A stretch of DNA of 62,204 nucleotides, filler included, from Basidioascus undulatus (Eukaryota): assembly GCA_000826855.1 (NCBI GenBank). It is 7 parts of 7 records of this genome, joined end to end, with 100 filler letters (N's around TTAATTAATTAA, not from the genome) between each part and the next. Parts side by side here need not be neighbours in the genome. Positions count along the whole stretch, not along the records: positions 26,731 to 35,530 come from JTLS01001334.1; positions 35,631 to 44,424 come from JTLS01001335.1; positions 44,525 to 53,315 come from JTLS01001336.1; 4 more parts are not named here. One strand, written 5' to 3'. This document shows positions 26,631 to 46,280 of this stretch, piece by piece; the first letter of the stretch is position 1; each line of letters begins with the position of its first letter. Below the pieces are notes generated by a model. It was not told the DNA's origin, ran no database searches, and saw only the letters and a list, made by a program, of their open reading frames with translations. Both the position numbers and the translations under genes were made by a program.

Positions 26631-26730
26631 NNNNNNNNNNNNNNNNNNNNNNNNNNNNNNNNNNNNNNNNNNNNTTAATTAATTAANNNNNNNNNNNNNN
26701 NNNNNNNNNNNNNNNNNNNNNNNNNNNNNN
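26631..26730. other. Artificial contig spacer
   Basis: N44-TTAATTAATTAA-N44. Confidence 0.99.
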
Positions 26731-26741
26731 CCTAACCCTAA

Positions 26742-27005
26742 CCCAACCTAAACCCCAACCCGAGCAGGAGCCCGAGCCTCAAGCCGCTCCCGCCCACGCC
26801 GTCGCCGAAGGAGGAAAAGGACCTGGCGAAGGCGTACGAGAAAGGCAGGGACGTGGATAGCTTGACTAGGTTTAGCCCCCCGAGTAGGAGGAGCAGTATT
26901 GGGGCGCGCTTGGAGGAGCGGGAGAGGAGGAGGAGCGGGAGCGTTAATGGGAGTTTGAGTGGGAGTGGGAGGAGGAGTGGGGGAGCGAGCGAGCTTGGGG
27001 AGTAG
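26742..27005 (+). CDS. Probable 3' end of a low-complexity hypothetical protein
   Basis: Open frame PNLNPNPSRSPSLKPLPPTPSPKEEKDLAKAYEKG..SELGE*, followed by T-rich 3'UTR-like sequence. Confidence 0.4.
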   Translation, partial: PNLNPNPSRSPSLKPLPPTPSPKEEKDLAKAYEKGRDVDSLTRFSPPSRRSSIGARLEERERRRSGSVNGSLSGSGRRSGGASELGE

Positions 27006-28720
27006 GAGGGGAGGACGAGGTTGGGTTTCGATCTCTTTTTTTTTTATCTGCGCGATTTAGCTTAGCTTAGTACTTTCTTCGTCTTTTAAACCCTTCTTGC
27101 TTTTCGTACAGCGCATTCGATATTCGACACTTTCTCGATATCCCCCAGCTCGCATTTACGCCTTCGCATTCACACACACACATGTACACATACACAGACA
27201 CCCCGATACCCCTCTCTCGCATGTGTCTTTTTACTTCGAGTCCTTAATTCATATACGCACTTTCGGCGTCGTTCTTGGGATGAGGAAGTGAGGTGATGGC
27301 GAACGGCGCGGGTGTGATGTTTGCTTGGGATGCGTGACCGCTCGCTCGAGCACGGACCCCTGCACCAGGGGTCGGATAGGACTTTTAGCGCTTACCAGGA
27401 ATGTTTCGAGGGTTCAGGTTACACTCGGAAAGGACATGGAGACGCGGAATGCAAAAGAAAGAAAGTGACACAAACATGGGAGAGCGAGTGCTGGCGGCTG
27501 GGCGCACCTTGTGAGGCCACGTCCCCCGCCCCACGTTCTTCTCGAGCTTGATCTCTCGATTGCTTGGGTACTGTCAATAGGTATACGAATCAACCGCTTC
27601 GCAATACGTAGCAGAAGGCTGGTCCGCTCATCTCTCTTGCACGAGCTCGCACGTTGCACAGCACAGAGCCGCGAAATGGTCGCCGCACGCGCCGTCCTCG
27701 ATTTAAACGCGCCACATGATCAGTATCCAAGCTTGTCCAAGAATATTTATGAGGTTGTTCAGTGGACGAACGTCGTACCGCTCCCGCACATGGTGGCGGT
27801 AGCGCTTTTTGCAGGCACCAACCGATCGAAGCAGCAGATTCATGGAGGTGCAGACAAGTGCAGAGGCAGTGAAGCCAGCCTGGTCAGTATGGGGGGGAAG
27901 GATTCTGTCTGTGGGGTCATCGTCGAGAAGACAAGGTCTGTCTTACACGCCTCGCTACACCAACACTTTTTCTTCTGTAATCAGCTGCTTTTGTAAAATC
28001 GAAGCTCGTACATAGTATTCTACTGTTGAAATTCGACAAACCTATGTTGCCGTGCCCCAAGCGGTCATCGAAGTGAGGCTGAGAAGTTCGATACTGAAGG
28101 GTGATGATGCGTCATGCAGGGACAACTTGAAGAACAAGACAGGGAACTTTAGCGAATTGGTGATTGAGATCTCTTCAGAGGTCATTGAGTGTGTTGGAGG
28201 TTGTGTCAAAGCAAGTCCGTTCCGCCCCCAGATCGTTGGCCAACGACAGCCGAGAGTCGCTACAGTGTCATCCTCAGGCAGACTGATTGAATCAGAGTTT
28301 CCTGCACGGTCACGGAGAGTCAGAATTAGTATTTCCACCGTCAAGATCCATCGCAGCCGACGCACTGAACCCGCCTCGTGCTAACAGCATATGGGCAATT
28401 GCACGATGTAGCAGTTGCGTGTGCATTGCTTGGTGCCATTCTTTGCATTGAAGATCAATAAAACTCCTCTTCAGGCTTAAAGTTGAACTAAACTTTGCGA
28501 CTTCTACCAAGAGAAACCACTTCCGCGTCGTAGCCGTGGCTTGTACCACGACGAACCGCTCCCTTTCATTGCAGGATTGCTGATCAGGAAGAGTACGACT
28601 TAATTACACGGGCGTAACCACCAAACGAGTCCCAACACGAGCCACGATGAACTATATATGGACCCAAATCAGATATATGGACCCAAATCCACCTTCCGCA
28701 ATCCAGAACAAAATGTCTAT

Positions 28721-35530
<6,810 letters not shown>

Positions 35531-35630
35531 NNNNNNNNNNNNNNNNNNNNNNNNNNNNNNNNNNNNNNNNNNNNTTAATTAATTAANNNNNNNNNNNNNN
35601 NNNNNNNNNNNNNNNNNNNNNNNNNNNNNN
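35531..35630. other. Artificial contig spacer
   Basis: N44-TTAATTAATTAA-N44. Confidence 0.99.
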
Positions 35631-37090
35631 TTCTGCGTCGGTACCTTGTTTCAGTTGGCGGTGTGGGGTTGGGAGAGGGGAGGGGGAGGAGCTCGAACAC
35701 CTTGTCAAAAGGATAAACTTCAGAGAGGAAGTAATGAAGGAGAAAAGAGGGACGAAGCAGACCTGGATCGAGTTGTCCTCCCGCGCCATGACGACCCACT
35801 TCCCGTCTGTCTGCAGCCCGGTGACTCTCCCCGCGCCCGCGCGGGTCCCCGCGTCCCCATCCCCATCAGACGACCAGCTCTGCACGGCGCTGGCGCTGCG
35901 CTCGGGGCTGACGGACCCCGTCGAGGGCGTGAGGGAAAACGTCTGCGCGGCGACGGTCCAGGACGCAGGGTAGAGGGGCGAGGCGTAGGCTATTGTCGCT
36001 GTGTACCGCTCGAAAGACGAGATAGCGGTGGAGGAGATGGAGCAAGTGGAGAAGGAGATGGACGGGGAGGGACGGGAGATGTGCAGCGCGGCGGGGTGCC
36101 AGGCGACGGGCGAGTGGAAGGTGGTGAGGTGCTTGACTGCAAGTCCGGCAGCGGGGGAAGAGGACGAGCCGACAGCGGGGGACTCCACAAGCTGGTACAC
36201 AGACAGCCTAAAGCGCTCAGTACAGGTTAGGTAGAACGGGGAATGCAGCGCAGTGTACAGTGCCGCGTCCGCGCGCGTGGCGTGCGCCGGGGCCGGGTGC
36301 GCGTGCTCCAGCGTCGCGGTGCATGACGAGGCGGGAGAGAGCGCCACGCGGAGGACGTCGAACGACCCATCGTCGTACGCGACTGCCAGGCGGACGCCGC
36401 TCGAGTCGCCGTCCAGCGCTGCCGCTGCGTCCACTTGCAGGTCCGCCACTGCGCGGCGGACGAGGAAGCGCCCAACCTCGTCTGCTTCTGACAAGTCCGG
36501 GGAGGAGGAGGGGGAGGTTGGAGTGGAGGAGGAGGAAGAGGTGGCGCGGTGGACGCGGACGACGCGGGCGGGGGAGGAGCGCGAGACGGTGAGGACGTAC
36601 CCCCGCCAGAGCTGGACGATGAGGTCCGCCTGGGGCGGGCGCTCCGGGAAGGATGCGGGTGGGCGCGCGGGGGACGAGGAGGGGGAGGAGAGCACATCCG
36701 AGACGGAGCAGCGCCCGACGCGCCAGTTGTGCGAGAGCTTGAAGAGGTGCCGGAAGTCGGGAGGAGGGCGGCGGCGGTCCCTGCTGTTCCGATCCCGGAA
36801 GGCGGGCGTGCTCGGCGGGTGCGGATGCGGGTGCGAGAGGAGGTAGAGCCGTTTCCAGAGCTGGAGTTTTCCCATTGCAGCGGATAACGGATAAGAAATG
36901 TTCAGATTATTTGTCCCTGGGATGCAATATGAGGAAGAAGGCGCACCTGTTGGTCGTCCGCCAGCCTGCGCCACTTGCTGCTGACCCTGCGCACGCTCGC
37001 GAGGTCCGCATACTCGAGGTAGCCGAGCACATGGAGCACCAGCTCGTCAGACAGCTTCGAGTAGTGCGAGCTCAGCATATGGGACGCCAT
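35631..37090 (-). CDS. F-box protein with a probable beta-propeller-like C-terminus, 3'-truncated
   Basis: KLSDELVLHVLGYLEYADLASVRRVSSKWRRLADDQQ|LWKRLY; FKLSHNWRVGRC; GLQTDGKWVVMAREDNSIQV. Confidence 0.85.
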
Positions 37091-37285
37091 TGCGGGCGTG
37101 CAGGGCGGGGAGGATGAGGGTATGTGGCAAGCAATGGTGATAGCGATTAGCGATTGAGGAGGGGCTGCGTCTCCTCGGATCGTCCGCGAGTGCTGGACGG
37201 GCACATGGGCACTTGCGGGCACTGCGCGTCTGGACGCGAACACTGCTTGATCACTTTCCACGCATCCATGTACTGAATCTTCAAG

Positions 37286-38070
37286 ATGTAGGTCTCTGAT
37301 GGCATTTTGGATCGTTTATTCCCAATTGATGCTCTGCTGCAGGGCTCCCAAATCCCGCAAGTCTGGCCCCTCAACACCGCAGCACGCCAACTCGCCCGTC
37401 CCGTCCACCACGACCGCCTCGACTCCCCAGCCTCCCGTTCGTCTTTCCCTCATACCCCCAAGTCCTCCTCCCGCTCTTACCCTGCCCCAACCGCCCTCCT
37501 TCACCGAACAGAGTCTCGCCGAAACCCTCTCCTTCGCCTCCGCCCCCCGTCCATTCAAGAACCCCGCGTGGCCATCAAAAGTCGCCGGACGGAGAAACAA
37601 AACGCTCCGGCAGGTCCTTGCTGCTGAGCGCGAGCGCGAGCGTGTGGAGCTGGAGCGAAGGAAGGAGGTGCGGCGGACACGGGAGGAGGGGGGGATGGAG
37701 CTGGATGGGAAGGAGGAGGAGGAGGAGCTGGTCAACTGTGCGTCTCCCGGTTCTTCGAGCTGGACTAGTAGGATGCCCGTGACTGATGAGAAACACGGGC
37801 GGTGAAGACTTCACTCTCGAAGCGCCCCCCTCCCTCCTCCCGCAGAAGAAGTACTGCGACCTGACAGGCCTCGAAGCGCCCTACACGGACCCCAAGACCC
37901 GTCTGCGCTACCACTCGCGCGAGCTGTACGCGATCGTCCGGACGCTGGTGCGTTTCACATGCCCATTTTGATTTTCCGAACATCTTATTGAAGTTGATGC
38001 GCGCCGGCAGCCACCCGGAGCAGATCAGCAGTACCTGGCGGTACGGGGGAGCGAGACGGTGCTCAAGTAG
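37286..38070 (+). CDS. IES6: INO80 complex subunit Ies6 (YL1_C domain)
   Basis: RPFKNP, RNKTLRQVLAAERER, LEAPPSLLPQKKYCDLTGLEAPYTDPKTRLRYH, QQYLAVRG; start codon split AT|G by intron 37288-37342. Confidence 0.92.
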
Positions 38071-39348
38071 CGGGACGTGCGATTCCAGCCCACGGACCAC
38101 ACGGACGACTTGCACCTCTGTTTGTTGTACTCCTACGCATATCGCATTTGTCGGACCAAATGCTATTCCGCCCGCCCACGCAGGCTGGGCAGCCCGCGAT
38201 CTCCACTGGCGGACGCACTGACCGACCACTCGCTCACTCCCAGACCCCCTGCCTCACTCACTGCCTCCTTCGCTCAACCGCCCTCCGGCGCTCTCCCTCC
38301 GCGCCCAAGCCTTTCTTCCTCGTTCTTGCAGTCGCTCGCTAATAATTCGAGCATCGCCCGTCATTCATTCCCTCCTTCCGATCGCTGCGCGTCCTCCACT
38401 CGCGCAGCTGACGTGGGACGGTGCCGCGTTCGAGCCTTTGGGCGTTCGGCCTTGAATCATCGGCTACCTTTAATCCGCTTTCTTTCCTGCCTTCCTTTCG
38501 ATTCACGGCCATCGCATCTGACCACGGACCTGTCTGCCTCGGTCGAAAGGGGCGTTTTCAGCCCTCATCGTACCTACAACTCGATCGCTGTTCAAGTTGA
38601 AGACCTGGTGCAGTTCACGTCCAGATTTTACTAACCTTTTCTCGGTCAAGTCCGACGTCCTTGAAGCGCAGTCCATTAGCAGGTGCCGCTCCACCCGCCC
38701 CCCGGGAGTACTGACCTTACCGCGCTCGTCCCGTTCAGCGGTGTCTTTGATCCTCCCTCATCTATCGAAACAGTCGCAGCCTTGTCTGTCACAGTCGACT
38801 CTGCACGTCAACCGGGCCAAAGCAGCAGGCACCGATCAGCGGGCAATGCGGCGAGGGAGAGAGAGGGTTGGAGAGGAAGCTTGCCTCGCTCGGGGACGAG
38901 AAGCAGTGTGCCGCGGTGATAAGGGTGTGTTCGTCTCATCAGAGTGGGGACAAACATCGCCCGCTCAATTTCCAGTTCGCAGACAGCAAGACGGAGGGGA
39001 CTGCCAGACTGCGAGCATTCGTTTGGCTTCTTCTTGCCACCTTCGCTCCCCTTTCCATCTATGCTGCGCTTGCGTCTACTAGCCTAACAACATTCTTAAC
39101 TAGCGTTCCGGAAACAGACATGCTCCTTTTGTGGTAGTGCAAGCGCATGCTGGTCGCACTGCGCCTGTCATGATGTGGCTCAAGCAAGGCGAGCGATGCG
39201 CAGGCTTTGCAATCGTCGAATCATGATGACCTACAAGCACACATGACTTTATTCGCGGTTGGGCGTGCCTTTGCCACGCATTTGCTTGCCACGACAGTCT
39301 TCGCACACGACAGGGAGATGCACCACAAAACCCTGCCATTTCGCTGCA

Positions 39349-41207
39349 TCACCACATGAACCGCTGCCACCCCTCCTCGCTCTCCCACCGGAACTTGACC
39401 CTCAGGAAGACCGCAATCGTCACCGCGTTGACCAACACATTTACCGCAATCTCCGCCAGCGCAGCGGTGCGGCGCGGCGGCCTGCGACCGGCCGCGAGGA
39501 GGCGGAGGAGGACGTGGGGCACGATGAAGTACCGCGGCTCGATGAGTGGGGACGGGACGAGCACGGCAGACGTGCAGAGCGCGAAGAGGACGATGATGAG
39601 TGCGGGTTGGCGCGGCGCTGTGTGAGTGTGCGGAGAGGTTAGCGGGTAGGGGAAGGGTGGATAGAAGGAGGAACGACGTGCAGAGACGGTCCCACCAGAT
39701 CCAGGCGCATGCGGTGTAAAGCGGGGCGAGGGCGTAGCGGAGGTAGGGGAGGCGGGGGTTGTTGAGGATTCGTCGGTAAAGGTAGAATGCGTAGTGCCGA
39801 TTGTCGGAGAGGAGGAAGGGGTGCGCGAGGCTGGTCGAGCGCGGGGTGAGCTGGTCTAAAAGGGGGATGCGGAACGGAGCGGCGTACCTGTAATGCCGGA
39901 TGGTGTATGACGCGATAGAGGTTAGAAGGAAGGAGAGGAAAAAGCGGCTGTTCGGGAATGAACAAATTCAGTTGCAGGCACATGGGATGACAGAAAGTTT
40001 ATTCACCTGAAAGAGCCAGTGGCGTGCTTGAGCGTTCGCAAAATCCACCTGATGCCGCCTCCGACCACCAGCGAGGGGAGCGCAAAGGCTGTGGACGCCG
40101 CTACGAAGTACAGCGGCTGTGTAAGGTGGAGCGTCGCGACATGGTTTGACTTGTCGCCTGTGAGAGCAGCGGCACAGTCAGAGTTGGCGGAGCGATCCTT
40201 CCCGGGATTGTGGTCAACGCACCGAGAACTATACCCCCATTCCAAATGATGAAGGCGCCGAACGAGGCGAAGACGAAGAGGTACGGCAAAACGAGGAGCA
40301 GGACCTCGCGCCAGCGCTGAAGCGCGACGCGAACGAGCGAGACGAGAATCGCGGGAAGATGAGCTAGAATTGACTAGTCAGTAACTGTATCAATTTCTAG
40401 AACAGCAGATATGAATGACGTGCTGAGGGGAGATTGAGAGGCAGGCTGCAGATGGACGACGGCTCCAGATGGGGATGCCTTTGACGCGCCAGACAGGAGC
40501 GAGAGAAGTGAAAACGCGAGGATGAATGCCACCCAGACTATGTTCGTCTGCCTAAACCAGAGAGATGCGCATCCTGGGACCATACCGCCTTGTCAGATTC
40601 GATGCGCAACCTCACCGCCTACGGATGAACTGTACCAAGCGTCGCGGCCAGCAGATGCCGCTCACGCTGCGCGGCCAGCGCGCAACCGAGCACCGCCGCG
40701 AGACTCCCGAGATCCGTGTAATAGAGAAAGGCGAAGAACATCGCGACGGGGTATGTCGATATTGAGAGGGCTTCGAGGGTCGAGCGGCTGGGCAGGAGGC
40801 GGCGGACGAGAAGGGGGATGGCGAGGAGGAGCAGGGCGTTCGTGAAGCGGAGGGCGGCAGGCGAGCAGCCCAGGAAGAAGGTAAGCGGGAGCGAAAGAAG
40901 GTATCTAGAAGGTGTTTTGTCAGCTGTTTGGGAGCTACGGCAGTTCAGAGACAGAGACGCGCAGTCCGGGCGGGGTGGTGAGTTTTGAATCCCAAGAACG
41001 GAAGTCGCCTCGACAGTACAACTGAGCTTGAGGAATGTGAAATATTTCATCCTGAAGCATAGTTGAACAAATATGAGCATTTGACATTATGGGAAATGTT
41101 TTGCGATGGTTGACCATGTATGGATCCGGCACTTCGCGGTTGACAAGCCATGATGTGACGAGTACGACGGGTGCGAGTGCGAGGATGACAAGATCGGAGC
41201 GGGCCAT
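39349..41207 (-). CDS. ALG10: Dol-P-Glc:Glc2Man9GlcNAc2-PP-Dol alpha-1,2-glucosyltransferase (DIE2/ALG10)
   Basis: VPDPYM|DEIFHIPQAQLYC, WDSKLTTPPGL, FLYYTD, FRQTNIVW, WNGGIVLG, DNRHY, PLIEPRYFIVP, WQRFMW*. Confidence 0.95.
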
Positions 41208-42144
41208 CAGTTCCGCCGAAGTGAGTGTATAATCCTTCGAGAAGGTATTGCGTCAGTTGAAAAGTTGGAAAGATAATGTTGAGGGAAGGAGACGAAGAAA
41301 CACATAGGAGGATGTCCTGTGCCACACCCAACACCGCACACCTAACCAGACTCAAGAGGACCATCAAACTTCCCTCACCTCCCTCACCTACGTTCTTTTT
41401 TACACTTTATATTTCTGACCAGCTTGTGCACATACAGCTCAGTGCACGCATCCGCACGCTGACAATATCCGCACACTAACAATGCCTCGGGTCGCTCACG
41501 TATCAACTTACCCGCGGTATGGCTTATCGCTGAGCTGCCTGCCTATATCGCCGCGGGGGGCGTCACGAAGTCGGTCCGAGCGGCCCGCCGCCTTGCGTCG
41601 AATATACCATCAAGTTCCCAATCTTTTCGACAGCTGTCCCAAGTCGTCCCCGTCATCGCTCTCCTAGCATTCATGTAATGCTCCAGCTCGATCCAGCCGT
41701 ATTGTCGCGCAACTTCGCATCGATCAAAGTTCATGGCACTTTGAAGCTCCCAGTGCCACGCGCAGTGGTCCGCAAGTCCGTAGGACTGTATCTTCTTGTC
41801 GTTCGAGTTCAGAACAGGTGCTGCTCAACTGTCCCACAGGTTACTCCAGAGGATTCCTCCGCCACGGCTGCGGCGGCTTCAATGCACGTTTGGGCCCGGC
41901 CCCACACTATGCACGCGGTCCTGCCTGGCCTCTCTTCCGTCAAATTCAATCATGCGAAACGCCTGTACCATCTCCGAGCACTTAAGCCAAAGGTGTGATC
42001 CACCTCAGCGTCCTCTTCGATCTCCCTTTTCGCATCTCCTCCACGAACCTCCGCCTACGACCTTCGCGGCGGGCCTCTTCTGTGACCACCCTTCACGACA
42101 TCGCTACGAACTAGCCCATCTATTCACACCCTTCCAATCATCGC

Positions 42145-43853
42145 ATGGTCTTCACACGCATACCCACGCGCTCGTACGCTTCGCTGCACGGCAGCGACTC
42201 GAACTTGGCGCCCGTGGCCCAAGCGCTCCTGCGCGAGGGGCTATCTGAGACGTTCCAGCTGATCGAACGTCCAGACGAGAACGCCGCAAAAGTGAGAGGC
42301 AAGGTCTTGGAAATCAACAATCTCAAGGAGTTGGCGAGCTGGAGCGTGAGTTCATCTTCGAGCGGGGGCGGTGCTCATAACGATCCTTACGCAGTGGGTC
42401 GAGGACGAGGAGTCGGGCGAGGGCGACGACGAAGGTACCCTCCTGATTCCTGGTGCGAATTTTGTCATCTACTCTTTCCGAATCGGGGTCTCGGTGCTGA
42501 CGGTTAGGTCTTTTCTCAGGTGCTCCTCGCGCCTGGCGTCCGCGGCCGCTCCCCCTAGAAACGAACGCGACCGAAGGCACGCCCAAGCGGTCGGCGTTGG
42601 CGGTGCACTCGCAAGTCCACCCGTACGAGGCGCTTCTCAGGGTACTATCCATCTCCCAGCCCAACTTTTCGTTGTCTTCGGTGGACGTCCGTGCGTCCAT
42701 AGTTCCGCTCGCTCTTCTACTCGCCTCGAATGCCATCTACTTTGCTCACTGCTTATTCGGGCTCTCGCAGTCGCTGATCGCTCCGCTCTACTCGCTCTGT
42801 ACAAGTTCGGCGCGTCTTGGTCTGCCAGGTTCCGCATCGACGCGACGCTCGCCGGCTCGACGGTCGTGCTCGAGCTGTGGTGTCCGAAGACAGACGTCAA
42901 AGCCGAAGGCATGCGCACAGTCCGGCGCGAGTTCATCACCGGGATGAGCGAAAACGTCGAAGGCAGTGATGGTACTGCAGGCCATTGGCGCGCGATCAGC
43001 TATGTTTGTCTTCGATTCTCTTCTCCCTGGTCCATACGCCGCTCCTGCTGCTTAGTGCTGCTGCTCTTACTCACGCGAATATACGAATACACTTAGGATC
43101 TCGGCGGACTGTCGGTCATGACGTCGTTCAAGGTGGACGCCTTCTTGCCCGGCAAGGAGATCCCCGCCACGACAGCCGACGACAACGAACCTCGCCCTCT
43201 CTCCGACGAGTCCTCGCTTCACAGGGTTCCGAGCGGCGAAACCGTGCCGCACTCGCAGCTCGTTGAGTATGTGCTTCCGCTTGCCTAGGACCAGCCTCGA
43301 CCACGTTCTGCATCTAACCATCCAGAGTGCGCGTCTTCGTGCCAAACCTCCGGAACAACTCGAGTTGCCCTCGTTTCTTTTAGCAAAGTAAGGCACTCCA
43401 TCGCCGGCGTCCGAGTTTCCGCCGAAGCTGAGCTCTAAAGCAGGCACGCTCGCGGACTGGGCCGCCGCGTCGTTCCCGCAAGTGTTCCTCTCCCAGACGC
43501 CCCATATCATCCTCGCTCAGCACGACGCCGGCGTCGTCAAGGACAAACTCAAGCTCACGCGCGACGACGACGTCATGCGCGAGGTGCGCGAGAGCGAGAA
43601 GATTGCGCGGGACCTCGGTGCGTTCAAGACCGTGCTCGACGAGGTCAAGAAGAGGGTCGTCGAGGCGGGCAAGGGGAGCAAGCTGAGCTTCGTGGGTCTT
43701 TCGCCTTCTTTGACGGGCATCATCCCAAGGCCGAGCACGGTACTGACTTTGAGCGTAACGCAGGTTGCCGAAAGGGGCTTGCTCAAGGTCTTCGAAATCA
43801 ACAAGCCAGGCAAGCCGCTTCCTAACGACCTTCTGGAGAAGTTTGGCAACTAG
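42145..43853 (+). CDS. Divergent Rai1/DXO-like protein (fungal family often labelled 'geranylgeranyl pyrophosphate synthetase')
   Basis: Spliced LASWSW..TLLIPGAPRAW, HPYEALLR, ADRSALLALY, FRIDATLAG, HWRAISY|DLGGLSVMTSFKVDA, W...FPQVFLSQTPHIILAQH follow the family's motif order as I recall it. Splicing at 43268-43443 is uncertain. Confidence 0.65.
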
Positions 43854-44393
43854 GATGTCTCTCTTCCAGACTTTCCATAACATTTTCATGTTGTTGATTT
43901 CCTCCTTACACGATTTATGCGCCAACTATGTTAGATTGTACCTTTTACTCGCCTCGTCCTTGTCACCTAGCTGCGCTTCACGACTAATTCACATCGCACC
44001 ACCGTTGGCGAGTGCCGAGCGTGTTCATCTTGGAGTGCGATGAAGGCCGGTGAGGGTAAGAACAGGACAAGCGACTGCTCGTCTTGCTGTTCCGAGGCCT
44101 CGACAGAGCAGCAGTCAAAAACCCGGAAAAGTCTGAAAACAAAGCCAAATTGATTGAAGTGGATCACGACTCCGTTTACTGTAACTTGATGAGGCCAACG
44201 ATGCATTGGGGATACCTCCGGCAATGGACCGGCACGGCGCTGCCCGTGGCGTGACGTTCTTAATGAGTCCAGCTACCTAAGCTGTATAGGCATCATTTTC
44301 TCAACTGCCCAGGCCGTTTTCCAGCCCAGGTGATCCCACGAAAGCTGTAAATCAACGCCAGCTGCAAGCGACATATTGCAATGTCAAAAACGC

Positions 44394-44394
<1 letters not shown>

Positions 44395-44424
<30 letters not shown>
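44395..44424 (+). repeat. Poly(A)30 at contig end
   Basis: Homopolymer run into the spacer. Confidence 0.95.
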
Positions 44425-44524
44425 NNNNNNNNNNNNNNNNNNNNNNNNNNNNNNNNNNNNNNNNNNNNTTAATTAATTAANNNNNNNNNNNNNNNNNNNN
44501 NNNNNNNNNNNNNNNNNNNNNNNN
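44425..44524. other. Artificial contig spacer
   Basis: N44-TTAATTAATTAA-N44. Confidence 0.99.
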
Positions 44525-44662
44525 GGTGTTCGCGTTGCCCGGGTTGTAAGAGGTAGCCATGGGGGGAGTGGGGCCGCCGTAACCCCCACCGCCGCCACTA
44601 TAGAAGCCTCCTGGACCATTCGGAGGAGGGCGCCCGTAGCCGCTGTAGCCGCCGCCGTACAC
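44525..44662 (-). CDS. Exon of a Gly/Tyr/Pro-rich protein, truncated by the spacer
   Basis: YGGGYSGYGRPPPNGPGGFYSGGGGGYGGP preceded by a GTGAGT..GCTGAG..CAG intron; start not identified. Confidence 0.45.
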
Positions 44663-46280
44663 TGCAACGAACTCAGCAACGGATCTTGATCAATGCGAAG
44701 TTATGCCGTAGACTCACTTGCTTAAACAAAATGCACGAAAATGACAGCAAGAGTGGATCAAGAGAGAGGAAGCACGACAGCGGATGAGCGTTCGCGTTGA
44801 AGTCGGCGAGGAGCAGCCGCATGTGCGAGGAGCACTCGGCCGCACAATGAACACAACTATCGCCGAAAACTCGCAGCCTAGGGGCATCTTTCCGCTTCAC
44901 GTCTTCTCTCTCTTACTGCAAACGCCTCACATACAACTTGGAACAATCAAGTTGTTAACCACACAGATTTCAACATCTTCAAATGAAGCGCGTTATAGGT
45001 TCCGCGTCCGTATAGCAGTCAACCCTTCATCCCAGCTCTCCGTATATGTATGCCTCGTTCCCTGGCCAGCCTGACCAGTCTCCTCTTCTGCCTCACCGAA
45101 CCCCTGTGATCAGCGACCTACTAACTCTCGTCAACCCCGCTACTGCTTCCATTCCTATACATTTTCCCTCTCCCTCCACTCTTCTTAGTGCGCCCTTACT
45201 ATGCCCCGACGCAAGCATGCAGGGGAACCGCCCTTCGTATGAGCAACTGTGCCGGTGCAGAAGCTCATTGTGTGCGTGCTCTGGAAGTGGAGGTTGATTT
45301 GAAGCGTCTTTGAGGTGTAGGAGAGCATGCGCCCCGGGGGAACTGCTCTCCGCAGGGATAGGAGAGGAAGCACACTGCACAGGCAACTGGAAAGGACGAC
45401 CGAAGAATACATTGTGCAGGTCCACACGTTGGTCTTCGTTTGCTACGAATCGGAGGGTCTCTTGGACATAACGTGCTAGTCTCCCTAATATGTAATTAGC
45501 ATGTCATGTGAGTTACCGCGTCGAGCAGCACGTCCAGCGCCCTCCCAGTTTAGGCAATTCTCGCAGCGCTCAAGAATTGCTGAAGGGCGTGTGAGACGTC
45601 GCAGGCCTATGCGTCATGAACATACTATGAAGTAGCACCAGTAATTGGGAACACTAGATGTTGAGCGTGATCAGAAGACAGCCGGAAGTTGTGCTGAAGT
45701 CGCGGTTCACAATCTGGAGAAGCGCGTCAGCGCCGACGTGGATGTGGGTGGGGTCGCTTCGTGCGAACACGTATTCAACGTGTCTACCTGAGGACATGTG
45801 TACTTTTTCAAAGAGTGCGGCGCTCCAACAAGCTCAAGCTGGCTCAAGGTGCTTTGGCAACAGGTTAATGCCCCGGCTGCTTTCTTTTGACGTCCACTGG
45901 AATCGGGACTGTATCGTTACCCTCCAATTAGCCCATGATGAGTTTCACGATGTGACTGCTCAATAATGCTGCATGCATATCTTCTCTACGGGATGTCCGG
46001 AAGCGCGTCCGCTGCCGGTCGTCGCAGACTCGCTGCAGTTGCAGAACGGTACCGCGGCTCCGCGGCACCGAGGTGCGTCTCTCGACCGGCGCGTACGTGC
46101 TCGACTTCGAGTGCATACTTAAAATGTATATATGGGACTTTGAGAGCAGTTTAATATCTACCCGGGCGCGAGACGAAGCAGTACAAAGCGTCGAAGCACC
46201 CATTTTGCTTTTACATAGCAGGCTCGCCCACCTTCCTACACCCGCCACCCCTAGCTCATTTCAGCACCGAGTACCATACA

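Noticed and set aside
26731..26760. CCTAACCCTAACCC at a contig start as a telomere
   Set aside because: Only two units that grade into Pro-Asn-coding low-complexity sequence; too short to call a chromosome end.
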